Below the pieces are notes generated by a model. The model had not been told where the DNA came from and ran no database searches. It worked only from the letters and a program-made list of their open reading frames with translations. A program made the translations under genes and the position numbers. Positions 28,739 through 38,712 of a DNA stretch of 64,000 bases are shown here, piece by piece. The number at the start of each line of letters is the position of its first letter. Position 1 is the first letter of the stretch. Origin of the DNA: an uncultured bacterium. Its GTDB lineage: Bacteria; Chloroflexota; UBA5177; JANWHV01. The stretch is taken from positions 1,280,001 through 1,344,000 of the forward strand of contig CAWHAE010000012.1 of assembly GCA_963827235.1 (NCBI GenBank), in the 5' to 3' direction.

Positions 28739-30649
28739 TCAGGACGTGGTCAAGGCAAAGACCACCAACTGCTTGTTGTCTGGACTTGTGATTTGCAGCG
28801 TCGATCCGCCTGCCAGGCTGATAGCCGCGCGGCGTGGGCCGTAGCCCGTGCGGGCCACGAACGTCGCCTGGCGCACCGCCTTCCCTTTCGCGTTCAGCAC
28901 GGTGAGCTGGAGGTGCGCGATCAGGGTGGAGACGTCCTGGAGAGCAATGCCATACAGGGCGCTGAACGTGCCGTGCCGGCCATGCAGGGAAGCGATGTTC
29001 AGCGTCGCGGAGCCGCACCCGTTCACGTACAGCGACCACTGCTCGAGCGCGACCTCATGGATCAGCTCGAAGTCCTGCGTGGCCACTCCCACGTTGCAGG
29101 ACACCTTGAAGATACGTGGATCGACGGCGGTGCCCCCAGTAGTGCTGACGGGCGGCTCGCTGGGCGGGAACACGCGGTCGTAGAGCGTGGCGTGCCCGGT
29201 CAACCGCAGATCATAGAGAATGGCGTTCGCGTTGCTGGTGAATGTGATCTGCACGATGCTGGCTCCGTCGATGCCGGCGCCGATAGTCACGGCGGGCTGA
29301 CCGAGGCTGGCAGTCACGTTCTTGATCGTCAGCGGCTTGCTGTTCTGGTCGAATACCACCAGGCGAGCGGCCATCGTCTTGCCGCCGCTGGCGTCCGATA
29401 CGCCGATTTTCGCCGAGAACGTGCCGTTGGCGTTGGTCATGATCAGCTCAGCCACGCCGCAGCCCTCGACGGCAATGTAGTTGTCGCGCAGGACCGGCTG
29501 ATGGTCTACCGTGGTGTCCGAGGTGCCCAGGCCGGCGTTGCAGATGCCGACCACTGAGTCCGGCGCGATGGGAATCGACCCGCCGCTCGGGCTGCCGAAC
29601 TCCTGATGATCGGGATTGTGATGCGGCGCCACCGCGGACGGCAGGAAACTGATCCCGGTCACGACGAGCTGCACGTTGGTGTCGCCGCCGTCCATGGTGA
29701 AGGTCGCGGTGCTGCCGCCTTGCAGGTTGACCCATATCGGCTGCAACCCGCCACCGAGATAATCGAGGCCGATCGACTTGCGCAGCAAATGGCCGGTTGC
29801 ATCCAGCACGCGCAACCCCACCTGGGTGGGAAGGCTGCTATACACCGAAGTATCGTTCAAGCCGTAGCGCAGGGCCAGCGCACCCTTCTCAGACGCGGGT
29901 ATCTGCACCGTCACCTTGCCGCAGCCTTCCATCTGCAGCGAGCCGGTCGACGTGATAGCCACCGCGCTGACCGTGCTTTGAGTAGTCGAGGCTCCCGCGT
30001 TGCACTCCAGCTTCACGTCCCCGCTCGGCACGGCCGTCCCGCCGGAGGGGAGGCCCTGGCCCGTCAGAGGCGCCGGCGCAAGCGCGCGTGCCAGGCCGGT
30101 CAGCTTCATCCCGAAGACGAAGCTGTCGACCGGTATGGGAAAGGTGAGCGCCAGCGTGACGCCGCCGGACAAATCGAAGTCGACATGGGCGGCGGCGCCC
30201 TTCGTCGCCTTGACGTCCATCGTGCGAAGGAGGAAGCCACCGGACGCGAGCAGGAAGAGGCGCAGAACGGCGGACGTGCCCGAGGCCGCGTCGGAGACGG
30301 CGAACGACGCCTGGAAGTGCCCGCTTGCCGGATCGTTCAGGTAGAGCACTGACTGGCCGCAGCCGCCGACGTTGCCGATCGCCGTGCCTGCTGCCAGCGC
30401 CGTACCGGCAGCTTTCGCGGCACTGCCGTTCGGCCCTGTGTTGCAGGTGGAGACGAAACTGGCCGGTACCGGCGCCGCAGCGGTCGGCATGCCGAGCAGC
30501 GGCCCGGGGAAAGCCGGCGTAGGAAGCGCGGCCGGGTCACCTGCCGATGCCGCACGCGCACTCGCAGTGGAGAGACTGGAGAAGACGATCAGTGCAAGCG
30601 CGGACAAGCACCTCACGAGTGCCGGTCGGCCGAAAAGCGAGCCAGCCAT
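28739..30649 (-). CDS. Exported protein with four tandem NPCBM-like repeats
   Basis: Signal peptide ending ASARA; four ~150-aa repeats each with CN.G...GCG and F.A..G..D strands. Confidence 0.65.
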   Translation of the reverse strand: MAGSLFGRPALVRCLSALALIVFSSLSTASARAASAGDPAALPTPAFPGPLLGMPTAAAPVPASFVSTCNTGPNGSAAKAAGTALAAGTAIGNVGGCGQSVLYLNDPASGHFQASFAVSDAASGTSAVLRLFLLASGGFLLRTMDVKATKGAAAHVDFDLSGGVTLALTFPIPVDSFVFGMKLTGLARALAPAPLTGQGLPSGGTAVPSGDVKLECNAGASTTQSTVSAVAITSTGSLQMEGCGKVTVQIPASEKGALALRYGLNDTSVYSSLPTQVGLRVLDATGHLLRKSIGLDYLGGGLQPIWVNLQGGSTATFTMDGGDTNVQLVVTGISFLPSAVAPHHNPDHQEFGSPSGGSIPIAPDSVVGICNAGLGTSDTTVDHQPVLRDNYIAVEGCGVAELIMTNANGTFSAKIGVSDASGGKTMAARLVVFDQNSKPLTIKNVTASLGQPAVTIGAGIDGASIVQITFTSNANAILYDLRLTGHATLYDRVFPPSEPPVSTTGGTAVDPRIFKVSCNVGVATQDFELIHEVALEQWSLYVNGCGSATLNIASLHGRHGTFSALYGIALQDVSTLIAHLQLTVLNAKGKAVRQATFVARTGYGPRRAAISLAGGSTLQITSPDNKQLVVFALTTS

Positions 30650-30835
30650 GCGGACCACCCCTTCTTCACAACGCTGGGCAGACACGCAACATGCCTGCCA
30701 ACCACAACACCGTGAGCGTCCACAGCAGGTAGCCGCTCTCTTCAGACTACCAGGTGAGCTAGAGTTGCCCACGTTCTCGCCTTCGAAGGGTGCCGGCACC
30801 GTAGATGATTCGGGCAGCGGGCTGTTCCTATCTGC

Positions 30836-31453
30836 CTATACGGCGAGCAGCGCCGCGAGATCTTGCGCCGCCTGCCCGGGGTCGTATGCCTGGTCGAGCA
30901 GCTCGCGCTCCTTGCCCTGACGGTCGACGAGATAGGTGATGATCGTGTGCTCGACATCGCCGGTTTTCGACGGTCGCACGAGGATGTGATAGGCTCGCCA
31001 GAGCGGCGCCAGGTCTCGCTGCGCGCCGAGCAGCACGTGCAGAGGCACGGTGACGCGGTTCGTGCGCACGAAGGCCAAGGCCTGGGCGCGAGTGTTCTGC
31101 GGATTCACGCTGAGGGCAAGCCAGGTGATCTGGCCGGCCCTGGCGCCCAGCGCCTGCGCCGTGCGATCCAGATACCGAGCCGTGACCGGACATTCAGTGG
31201 TGCACGTCGCATCCAGGAACGTGAGCACGACCGGTCGGCCGGCAAGGCGCGCCAGGGACACCCGATCGCCACGCTGGTCGCGCAGGTCGAAAGCGGGCGC
31301 GGCGTTCCCGTCTAGAACCGTCCCGGCTACCAGATGCACCTGCGCGCCGGCGCTGTTCGCCGGGACGATCAGCAGCCGCGTCGCCACGAACAGGCCGGCG
31401 GCGAACAGCGCCACTATCGCCGCGATCCGGCGGGCAGAGGGTGTGAAGGTCAC
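30836..31453 (-). CDS. SCO1/SenC family copper chaperone
   Basis: APAFDLRDQRG, CTTEC (CxxxC), VEHT, YLVDRQG. Confidence 0.9.
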   Translation of the reverse strand: MTFTPSARRIAAIVALFAAGLFVATRLLIVPANSAGAQVHLVAGTVLDGNAAPAFDLRDQRGDRVSLARLAGRPVVLTFLDATCTTECPVTARYLDRTAQALGARAGQITWLALSVNPQNTRAQALAFVRTNRVTVPLHVLLGAQRDLAPLWRAYHILVRPSKTGDVEHTIITYLVDRQGKERELLDQAYDPGQAAQDLAALLAV

Positions 31454-31699
31454 GGCACTCGCTCCTCGAGACTCGGTATGCGATCGGTCCCTCTATAGCC
31501 AACATACCTGGAGCATCGATGGACGGCGGCGCGGATCGAGGTCATGTCTCCGGCAAGGGCGCGCGGCGTCTGCAACGCCAGCATTCGCCGCGAGGAGCCT
31601 CCCCTCCTGGTCTCGGGGTACGCGTGCGCGGGGCCAGTCGTGGGCTCAGCCCGCCTTCCTCGGCCGGCGGGTGTGGTGCGGAGCCGGCCGATGCGCCTC

Positions 31700-32512
31700 T
31701 CAGACGCCGCGCCGAGCCTGCTGAAACCAGCCGACGGCAAAGTCGACCGCGGCACACTGGCGGAAAAGTCGCGCCTCGGCTGCTCCCACTCGGCCGAGGT
31801 GCACGGCGCCTGTCTCCTCAAACGCAGCGCCCAGCGCCACGAAGTCCCCGTCGTCCAGCGCGATCTCCTGGTGCCGGCGCCAGACTCGCTCGCCGTCCTC
31901 GTCGACCGCGGCCGCCTGCGTCGTGGCGGGCGATCGCCGCGTGCGATACTCTGCCAGATGAAAGGACGTGTTCCTGTCGTGGCCGACGCCGAGCAGCAAC
32001 ACGCGGCCGTCCAGGTCGTAGATCCGCGCGAGCGGTGAGCCCTCTCCCAACCCGTTGTCCAGGGTATGGCCGTCGACCACAGTACGAGCGCATCGACCCC
32101 AGGCGGCGAAGGACACTGCGGGATGGTCGCTCCGCCGCACGTCGGGCCAGGTGCGAAAGAGCTCGGCGATCCGGCCCATCCCGCGCGTCGGCGTGCGACG
32201 CGCGTCGAAGGCCGGCCAAGTGGCACGGATGGTATCGACCCAGCCGGCCGGCACGGGAGGGTCCTGCCAGCTCGCCGGGTCCGAGTTGTCGGCGGAATGG
32301 GCAGGCATCACCAGCGTGCCCGACGGCGTGAGGACATCCTGCAGCGCGTGGAGCACAGAAACCGGTCCGCCGCTAATCCAGCCGAGAGCACTGAGCGATG
32401 AGTGCACGAGCACGACCATATCCTCGCGCAAGCCAAGCTCGCGCAGGTTCTCCGCCAGACTCGTACGCGTGCCCGGCGACGATGAACGGGCGATGGCATC
32501 CGCTTCGCTCAT
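31700..32512 (-). CDS. AAC(3)/YokD family N-acetyltransferase (Antibiotic_NAT)
   Basis: VLVHSSLSALGWISGG, GTLVMPAH, RSDHPAVSFAAWG, LLLGVGHDRNTSFHLAE. Confidence 0.92.
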   Translation of the reverse strand: MSEADAIARSSSPGTRTSLAENLRELGLREDMVVLVHSSLSALGWISGGPVSVLHALQDVLTPSGTLVMPAHSADNSDPASWQDPPVPAGWVDTIRATWPAFDARRTPTRGMGRIAELFRTWPDVRRSDHPAVSFAAWGRCARTVVDGHTLDNGLGEGSPLARIYDLDGRVLLLGVGHDRNTSFHLAEYRTRRSPATTQAAAVDEDGERVWRRHQEIALDDGDFVALGAAFEETGAVHLGRVGAAEARLFRQCAAVDFAVGWFQQARRGV

Positions 32513-32645
32513 GGCAACGGCTTTCACTCAGCGTCGGACCCTACCGGCAGCCGAGTGCTCCTTCCCGACAGCCGTCGAGTGCAGTATAGCGGTGCGGGCG
32601 GAGCGGACACGGCAGCCGCGTACCCGAGAGCAGCACGGTGGCCGG

Positions 32646-33632
32646 CTAAATCCATCTCCGGCGACGGTAGTACGTGAGCTGCGCCAGACTCAGCAGAAGC
32701 ATGCCGGAGAGAGCGAGCCACCAGAGGTAGCCGGTGTCGTGCTGAACTTGCGGCATATTGCCGAAGTTCTGGCCGAACACTCCGGTGATGAACGTGATCG
32801 GCATGAAGATCGAAGCAAAGATAGTCAGCCGCTTCATCACTTCGTTCTGGCGGTTGGACACCATCGACAGGTAGGCATCCATTGCGCTGCTCATCAGGTC
32901 GCGGTAAGAATCGATCACTTCGAAGGTGCGAACGAGGTGGTCGTAGATATCGCGGAAGTAGATGGTGTACTGCGGATCGATGATCTCGTCCTGGCGTGCA
33001 ATCAAGCGATTGAACACTTCGAGCTGGGGGCTGACTACCTTGCGCAGCAGACCGAGCGAATGCTTCAAGGTAAAGATCTCCTGCAGCTCGGCAGGGATAG
33101 GGTTGTCGAGGATGCGCACTTCCAGGTCGTCAATGGCATCGTCGATGACGTCTAGAACCGGATAATAGGAATCGACCAGCCGGTCGACCACCTCGTAGAG
33201 CGCCAGCACGGGGCTCTTCCCGAGCTGGGCGCACGCGTGCTCCGGCCCCTGCGGATCCTTGAGGATCTCGGGGAGAGAGCCATCGTGGTTGGTGATCAGG
33301 AAGCTCTTGCCGATCACGATGTCAAGCTCCGGCACCGCAACCTGCTTCGTGTGGCTGTCGAAGGTCATGCCGTGCATGATCAGGACGTTGTAGCCGTCAA
33401 ACGCCTCGAGTTTCGCACGCTGTCCGCGAACCAGCAGATCCTCGACCGTCAGATCCAGCAGGCCGAACACTCTGGCGACGAAATCCAGCTCATCGCTCGT
33501 GACCGATTCCAGGTCGATCCAGACCGAGGACTGCGCGTCACGGTGGTGCTGCTCAATCTCTTCGCGGGACGGATTGACGAGCGGCCGGCCGTCACCGGCA
33601 TGGATACGGGCATACAGCATACGGAGCCTCAC
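32646..33632 (-). CDS. corA: CorA family Mg/Co transporter
   Basis: VWIDLES, QRAKLE, NEVMKRLTIFASIFMPITFITGVFGQNF (GQN variant of the GMN motif). Confidence 0.9.
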   Translation of the reverse strand: MRLRMLYARIHAGDGRPLVNPSREEIEQHHRDAQSSVWIDLESVTSDELDFVARVFGLLDLTVEDLLVRGQRAKLEAFDGYNVLIMHGMTFDSHTKQVAVPELDIVIGKSFLITNHDGSLPEILKDPQGPEHACAQLGKSPVLALYEVVDRLVDSYYPVLDVIDDAIDDLEVRILDNPIPAELQEIFTLKHSLGLLRKVVSPQLEVFNRLIARQDEIIDPQYTIYFRDIYDHLVRTFEVIDSYRDLMSSAMDAYLSMVSNRQNEVMKRLTIFASIFMPITFITGVFGQNFGNMPQVQHDTGYLWWLALSGMLLLSLAQLTYYRRRRWI

Positions 33633-33786
33633 TCATTTTGCGCGATCGTCGCGGTGTGGCGCCGCAGGATGGCTACACATCGCACCGCCCGGGTCATGAT
33701 TATCCTTGCCTGCCGCTCCCCAGTGGGGATGGCGGGCGGCCGACCGTCCACCAGATCGCTGCTCTGTAGGGTCAAGTCGCGCGCCG

Positions 33787-36153
33787 TCACTGCAGATAGA
33801 GACGATACTCGTTTGCCGTGAGGATAGCGCCTTTGCCGACCACTGCAATACCCGCCGCCGGTTTCAGGCCGGGGATCGCCCTGGTGTAAAGCACCGGCTT
33901 GCTGCCGTTAACGGCGATGCGGGCTGCCAGCGCCTTCGTGCCCAGCGTCACGCCGACATGCACGACGTTCAACCCGCTGCCTCGACGCACACTCTTGCTG
34001 CCCAGCGGACCCAGCACGGCTTTGCTGTGTCCCGGCGTCAGCTCCAGGACCGTGATCCTGCCGATTGTGTCGACCACCGCCGCCAGTACCAGCGTCGCAG
34101 TGTGCTGCCGCCCATGTACGACGGTCTTCGTCGTCTCACGCGCGAACACTACCCCACCCATGGGAGGTGCCGACATCTTGCTGGATAAGGCGAGCATAAC
34201 GTCTTCGGAGAATGCTTTTGTGCCGGCCAGCGTGGCATACTGTGGAATGCCGGCCACGGCCCACGGACCGTTCTTCGTCGCCCGCAGCGCCATCAGGTCG
34301 TTGGCAATCAGCGGAGTAGCGCCGCCCGACCAGCCCAGCGCATTGTCCAGGAAGTATTCGTCGACCACGGGCTTCTGACCGGCTGCCGGGTTCACGCTGA
34401 GGCCGTCGCATACCACCTGTGCGCCCGGATCGGCTTGCAGACCTATGCTGCCGGTCGGCGCCGCGCTCCAGGCCTGGGCAGTGACAAACGTGGGCTGGCC
34501 GTTGAGCGACACCGAGAACACGCCGGGCTTATGACCAATACCGGGCACGAGGGTGAGCTGCAACTCGTTGACCGTGTTGTGGCCGAGCCTGATCGCGGCA
34601 GAGGGACGCCAGTTAATCAGCATGGACGTGTGCCCGGCCTGCGTCTTCTGCAGGGCCCACGCGCCGCTGCCACGCACCACCAGCGACACGCCGACCGGCG
34701 ATGGGCCAGCGACGCTTGCCGCCACGATGCCATAGCTTGCCGAGCTCGGTCCTTTGACCAGGCGCAGAATCCCTCTCAGGACGAACCCGCTGCGTCCGGT
34801 CGTATATCCCTTACGCAGGGCCTGCAGCGGGTGAGCGCCCTTGGTGTCGTCCAGCCAGAGATCGCCGCCGCGCCTGTAGACGGTAACGGAGTTGCTCCAG
34901 GCGGTTGTCGGAGGAATGAACGTCTCGGCAACCGGCGTCGTGTGTAGCGGCGGTGTCGCGGTAGCGATCACGGTCGGCACGGGAGTGTTGCCCACCACGG
35001 GCGTGACGGCCGGCTCCTTTGCCGTCTTCGACGACGACGTGAGGAAGACGTAGAGCAGCGCGGCAATGGCCGCGATCACCACGATCACCATGATCCCGAT
35101 CCCGGCCACGGACCACCAGCGGGTTGTCGTGCCCTCCTGCTCCTGCTCCTGCGCCTGCGCCGGCGCGCGTGCCTGCATCGCCGTGCCGAGCAAGGGCGTC
35201 AGGGCGGCGCGCATGGCCACGCCCGAGGAAAAGGCGACCGACGGATCGCTTGACACCGCGCGATTGACGAAGTCGGCGATGCCCACGCTGGTGCGCGGCG
35301 ACCACTCGCGCACGGGCGGGAACGGCCGGTCCGGCTCGTCGACGCCGGCAAAGACATCGCGGCCGGTGAGCGCGGCATGAAGCGTCGCTCCCACGCCGTA
35401 GACGTCATCACGTATACCCACGAGGCCAAGCCGGCCGCTCTTGCCGCGCTTCGCCGCTTTCGCGGACGCAGCCGCCGACGGCGCCAGCGTGCTTGGCTGG
35501 CCGGGCAGCTCCAGGTAGGATCGCAGGCCGAGCCGCGGCGCCAGTCCGAAGCCGATCACGCGCGGCCGGCCGTCTTCCGACGCCATCACATGTGCGGGCT
35601 GGATCTCTCCGTGCACGAAGGGTGGATTCCGCTCCTGCAGATACTCGAGCAAGCCCACCAGCATGCCGGCCCAATCGCGCGCTTGCTGTTCCGCGTAACC
35701 CCGGCCGCGATCCACGAGTGCCGTCTCGAGATTCTTGCCCGGCAGCATGGCCATCACCAGGTAGTGGCGGCCGCCGGTGGAGAAGCCGGCGTAGATCTCG
35801 GGTAGGCACGGGTGTTTGAGGTGCTGCACGATCTTGACTTCACGGGCGAAGCGCTCTCGCAACGCGTCGCGATCGCCTGCCGCGCTTCCAGGTGGTGCCA
35901 GCAGCTCTTTGATTGCAACATCTCGCCTGCGGCGCTCGTCAACCGCCCGGTACACGGCGCCGGTGCTGCTGACGCTCAGCGTCGCGGCGATACGGTAGGC
36001 CCCGCTCAGCAACGCACCCTCGTGCAGCGGGGTCCCCGGCTGGCCACAGACGCTACAGAAGGTTTGCTCGCCGGAGATGGGCGCACCACAGAATGGACAG
36101 GAGGCAGGTTCCTGAGAAGAATCCGATGCGACCGGCAGTTCGGCTGTGCTCAT
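33787..36153 (-). CDS. Membrane Ser/Thr kinase-like protein (probable pseudokinase) with zinc ribbon and extracellular beta domains
   Basis: CPFC...CSVC ribbon, VAIKE, RFARE, catalytic loop HGEIQPAH, IGFG, DDVYGVG, TM helix, PT linker, duplicated extracellular domain. Confidence 0.8.
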   Translation of the reverse strand: MSTAELPVASDSSQEPASCPFCGAPISGEQTFCSVCGQPGTPLHEGALLSGAYRIAATLSVSSTGAVYRAVDERRRRDVAIKELLAPPGSAAGDRDALRERFAREVKIVQHLKHPCLPEIYAGFSTGGRHYLVMAMLPGKNLETALVDRGRGYAEQQARDWAGMLVGLLEYLQERNPPFVHGEIQPAHVMASEDGRPRVIGFGLAPRLGLRSYLELPGQPSTLAPSAAASAKAAKRGKSGRLGLVGIRDDVYGVGATLHAALTGRDVFAGVDEPDRPFPPVREWSPRTSVGIADFVNRAVSSDPSVAFSSGVAMRAALTPLLGTAMQARAPAQAQEQEQEGTTTRWWSVAGIGIMVIVVIAAIAALLYVFLTSSSKTAKEPAVTPVVGNTPVPTVIATATPPLHTTPVAETFIPPTTAWSNSVTVYRRGGDLWLDDTKGAHPLQALRKGYTTGRSGFVLRGILRLVKGPSSASYGIVAASVAGPSPVGVSLVVRGSGAWALQKTQAGHTSMLINWRPSAAIRLGHNTVNELQLTLVPGIGHKPGVFSVSLNGQPTFVTAQAWSAAPTGSIGLQADPGAQVVCDGLSVNPAAGQKPVVDEYFLDNALGWSGGATPLIANDLMALRATKNGPWAVAGIPQYATLAGTKAFSEDVMLALSSKMSAPPMGGVVFARETTKTVVHGRQHTATLVLAAVVDTIGRITVLELTPGHSKAVLGPLGSKSVRRGSGLNVVHVGVTLGTKALAARIAVNGSKPVLYTRAIPGLKPAAGIAVVGKGAILTANEYRLYLQ

Positions 36154-36335
36154 ACTCAGACTCCCAGCGCACGCTCCGTCTGTGCAGCGTAGCTGCAGGC
36201 AGGGGATGGTCCTATGCACCATTATGGCAGAGTCACCGGACGCGTGGATGGCCGGTCTCACCGGAGAACCGCAGCAGAGTGCTGACACAAGCGGCATGCT
36301 GTGCGACAATCGCACCTGAGTATCGGGGGAATGGA

Positions 36336-36626
36336 ATGACGCGCTACGAGTACGAGCACGCTTTTCTCCAGCATCTGACCAATCACGAGCAAACCACCGG
36401 GATCCCGATCGACGTGGCCGAGGGCCTGAACGCCTGGGGGGCGGATGGCTGGGAGATCGTGCACATGGAGGCGGTCTGGGTGTGGCAGAAAGGCGACCAT
36501 GGCGCCTGCTGGCCGGAGGCACTGCGCGGATATTATGTCACGTTCAGGCGTGAGGTGGGCGCTCACCATGCCGGGTCTCGCGCCGTTGCCGAAGCGGAGG
36601 AACCGTTGGCGGACGTGCCGCTATGA
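36336..36626 (+). CDS. DUF4177-like small protein
   Basis: MTRYEY...LNAWGADGWEIV...YYVTFRR pattern. Confidence 0.75.
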   Translation: MTRYEYEHAFLQHLTNHEQTTGIPIDVAEGLNAWGADGWEIVHMEAVWVWQKGDHGACWPEALRGYYVTFRREVGAHHAGSRAVAEAEEPLADVPL

Positions 36627-37999
36627 GCGGCGGGCGCGTTGCCTGGTCGCCGGCGCCCGTCCGCATCACGCTGGCACTGCTCCTTGCCTTGCTGTCTCTG
36701 GCTCCCGCGCCGGCGGGCGCCATGCTCGAGCAGCAAGCGATTACCATGTGGACGCGCTACTGGCAGTGCCGGGTACGTGCAACGCCCGGCGGCACGATCC
36801 TGACCGAGCTCGATCGCGATCAAGAGGTCCGGGTGATTGGCAGTGCACTGGCCGGGGGAAAGGTTCGCTGGGATCGGGTGCGGCTCTGGGGCGCTCTGGA
36901 CGGCTGGATGGAGGCGGATCTGCTCTCTGCCACACCGCTCGCCGTGTCTTTTACCTCCGGAGGATCGATCTCCCCCAGTCCCGTCGGACGGCACTCGCCG
37001 ATGCCGCTCCACGCCACGGCAGTAGCGAGCGGGCCGGCGATGCTGCGCAAGGCGGCCAGCACATCGGCCGCCGTGATACGCGTGGTACACGCGGGCACCA
37101 AGCTCACCATCGCACGTTGGGCCACCGATAGCCGGGGCCGGGCCTGGTACGGCACCAGTACTCCCGCCGGTGCCTGGGTCGATGCCGACCAGGTAGACCT
37201 GGCCGGCGGCCGCGGCGTAGCCGGTCTCACCGCACTGCGCGGGGTGGGCATGTGGCTGACCCCGGCGGTACTGAACATTGCCTCGGCCCAATCGATCGTC
37301 AGCGCCGCGGTCGCAAGCCACGTCACCCACCTCTACGTGGAAGTAGCCGGCACCCACGCGTTCTACGGGGCCGACGTGCTGGAGCACCTGCTGCCCGTGG
37401 CGCACAAGGCCCATATCGCCGTGCTGGCCTGGGTCTATCCCTACCTGAACGACGTGCCGACGGACGTGGCCATCGCCGTCCAGGCCGCGGGCTTTGTAGC
37501 CAGCACCGGCGACCGGCCCGACGGCATTGCCGCCGACGTCGAGCAGAACATGGAGGAGCCGTACGTGCGCGCCTACAGTCAGGTCCTGCGCGCCCGCCTC
37601 GGCCCGAATGCCCTGATGATCATCGCTATCTACCCGCCGCAGAGCTATTGGGGCGAGCGCTTTCCCCTGCATATCGCCATGCAAAGCTGGAACGTCGCCG
37701 CGCCCATGGATTACTGGGATGTCACGCACACGCGCTTGTCGGAGGCCGAGACGTACGACTACGTGGCAGCCAGCATCAGGGGCATTCGCACCGCTACGCA
37801 CGACGCCAAGACGGCCGTCGAGCCGGTCGGCCAGATGTTCGACGTATTCAGCGACGGCCGGCACAGTCCCACCAGTGCGGAAGTACGAGGCGCCATCCGC
37901 GCCGCCGAAGCGGAGAAGGCTACGGGCATCAGCTTCTTCGAGTGGAACCATGCCACGCCCGGCGAGTGGGACGCGCTGCAAACGCCGTACGAATTCTAG
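36623..37999 (+). CDS. Exported SH3b-domain protein with putative glycoside hydrolase TIM barrel
   Basis: Signal peptide; two SH3b-like modules (VRATPGG...GWMEADLL; LRKAAS...AWVDADQV); GVGMW, DGIAADVE, APMDYW, GISFFEW. Confidence 0.65.
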   Translation: MSGGRVAWSPAPVRITLALLLALLSLAPAPAGAMLEQQAITMWTRYWQCRVRATPGGTILTELDRDQEVRVIGSALAGGKVRWDRVRLWGALDGWMEADLLSATPLAVSFTSGGSISPSPVGRHSPMPLHATAVASGPAMLRKAASTSAAVIRVVHAGTKLTIARWATDSRGRAWYGTSTPAGAWVDADQVDLAGGRGVAGLTALRGVGMWLTPAVLNIASAQSIVSAAVASHVTHLYVEVAGTHAFYGADVLEHLLPVAHKAHIAVLAWVYPYLNDVPTDVAIAVQAAGFVASTGDRPDGIAADVEQNMEEPYVRAYSQVLRARLGPNALMIIAIYPPQSYWGERFPLHIAMQSWNVAAPMDYWDVTHTRLSEAETYDYVAASIRGIRTATHDAKTAVEPVGQMFDVFSDGRHSPTSAEVRGAIRAAEAEKATGISFFEWNHATPGEWDALQTPYEF

Positions 38000-38042
38000 C
38001 CGGGGCACGTCCGGTCAAGCGAGCACCGGAGCGCCGGGCGCG

Positions 38043-38582
38043 TTAGCGCACGGTCACCGTCTGGCCGCGCGCAATGCGGCCCCCGCGCACGACACGGGCT
38101 AGTGCACCCTGCTCTCCGTTCTTCATAGCCTCGCGCAGACCGGGCGAAATGAGATCCATCTCCTCGCAAGGATCGCGCCGGATGGTGAGCTCGAGCACGG
38201 CGACCTCCTCGCCGTCGCCGAAGACGAGGACGCGGCCGAGCAGGCTCGGCAGGTGCACGTCGCCTGCCAGCACCACCTGCGACTTTACGAACTCCGTGGG
38301 AAACTCGCCGAAGCGCGCGTGGAGGCGCCGCAGCGTTCCTTCGTCGATCAGGCTGACCTGCCGCTTGCTCTCCTGCCCTTCAAATCGTTCGCGCAAGTGG
38401 CGCGGTGGCGACCCGGCGAGGCCAATCTGGGCCAGTGCCAGCACGTCTTCCACCGGAATCATCGGCGTCGGCGCCGTATCTTCGGGTCTCGAGGGCTGTG
38501 GCCCATGCAGATAGAGCGCGGCCACCAAAGTCCTGATACCATCCGGGACCGGGGTGTCGTCGATAGTGTCGCTTACCGTCAT
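38043..38582 (-). CDS. MOSC domain protein
   Basis: RQVSLI, DPCEEMD..SPGLREAM, GALARVVRGGRIARGQ. Confidence 0.75.
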   Translation of the reverse strand: MTVSDTIDDTPVPDGIRTLVAALYLHGPQPSRPEDTAPTPMIPVEDVLALAQIGLAGSPPRHLRERFEGQESKRQVSLIDEGTLRRLHARFGEFPTEFVKSQVVLAGDVHLPSLLGRVLVFGDGEEVAVLELTIRRDPCEEMDLISPGLREAMKNGEQGALARVVRGGRIARGQTVTVR

Positions 38583-38712
38583 GCTCTGGCGGACTTTCTG
38601 AATCAGCGCTCCGCGCCGTCTTTGGCCGGGCACCATCCGGCCGTCTCTGCCCAGCATAGCACATGGCATGCCGCCGAGGCCCGGCCGGAAGGCGCCCTCT
38701 CACGGCCTCAGC

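Noticed and set aside
31544-32038. 164-aa plus-strand ORF
   Set aside because: Overlaps the well-supported AAC(3)-family gene in antisense.
31700-32512. Acquired aminoglycoside resistance gene
   Set aside because: YokD-like chromosomal members of this family are widespread; no mobile context and no evidence for the substrate.
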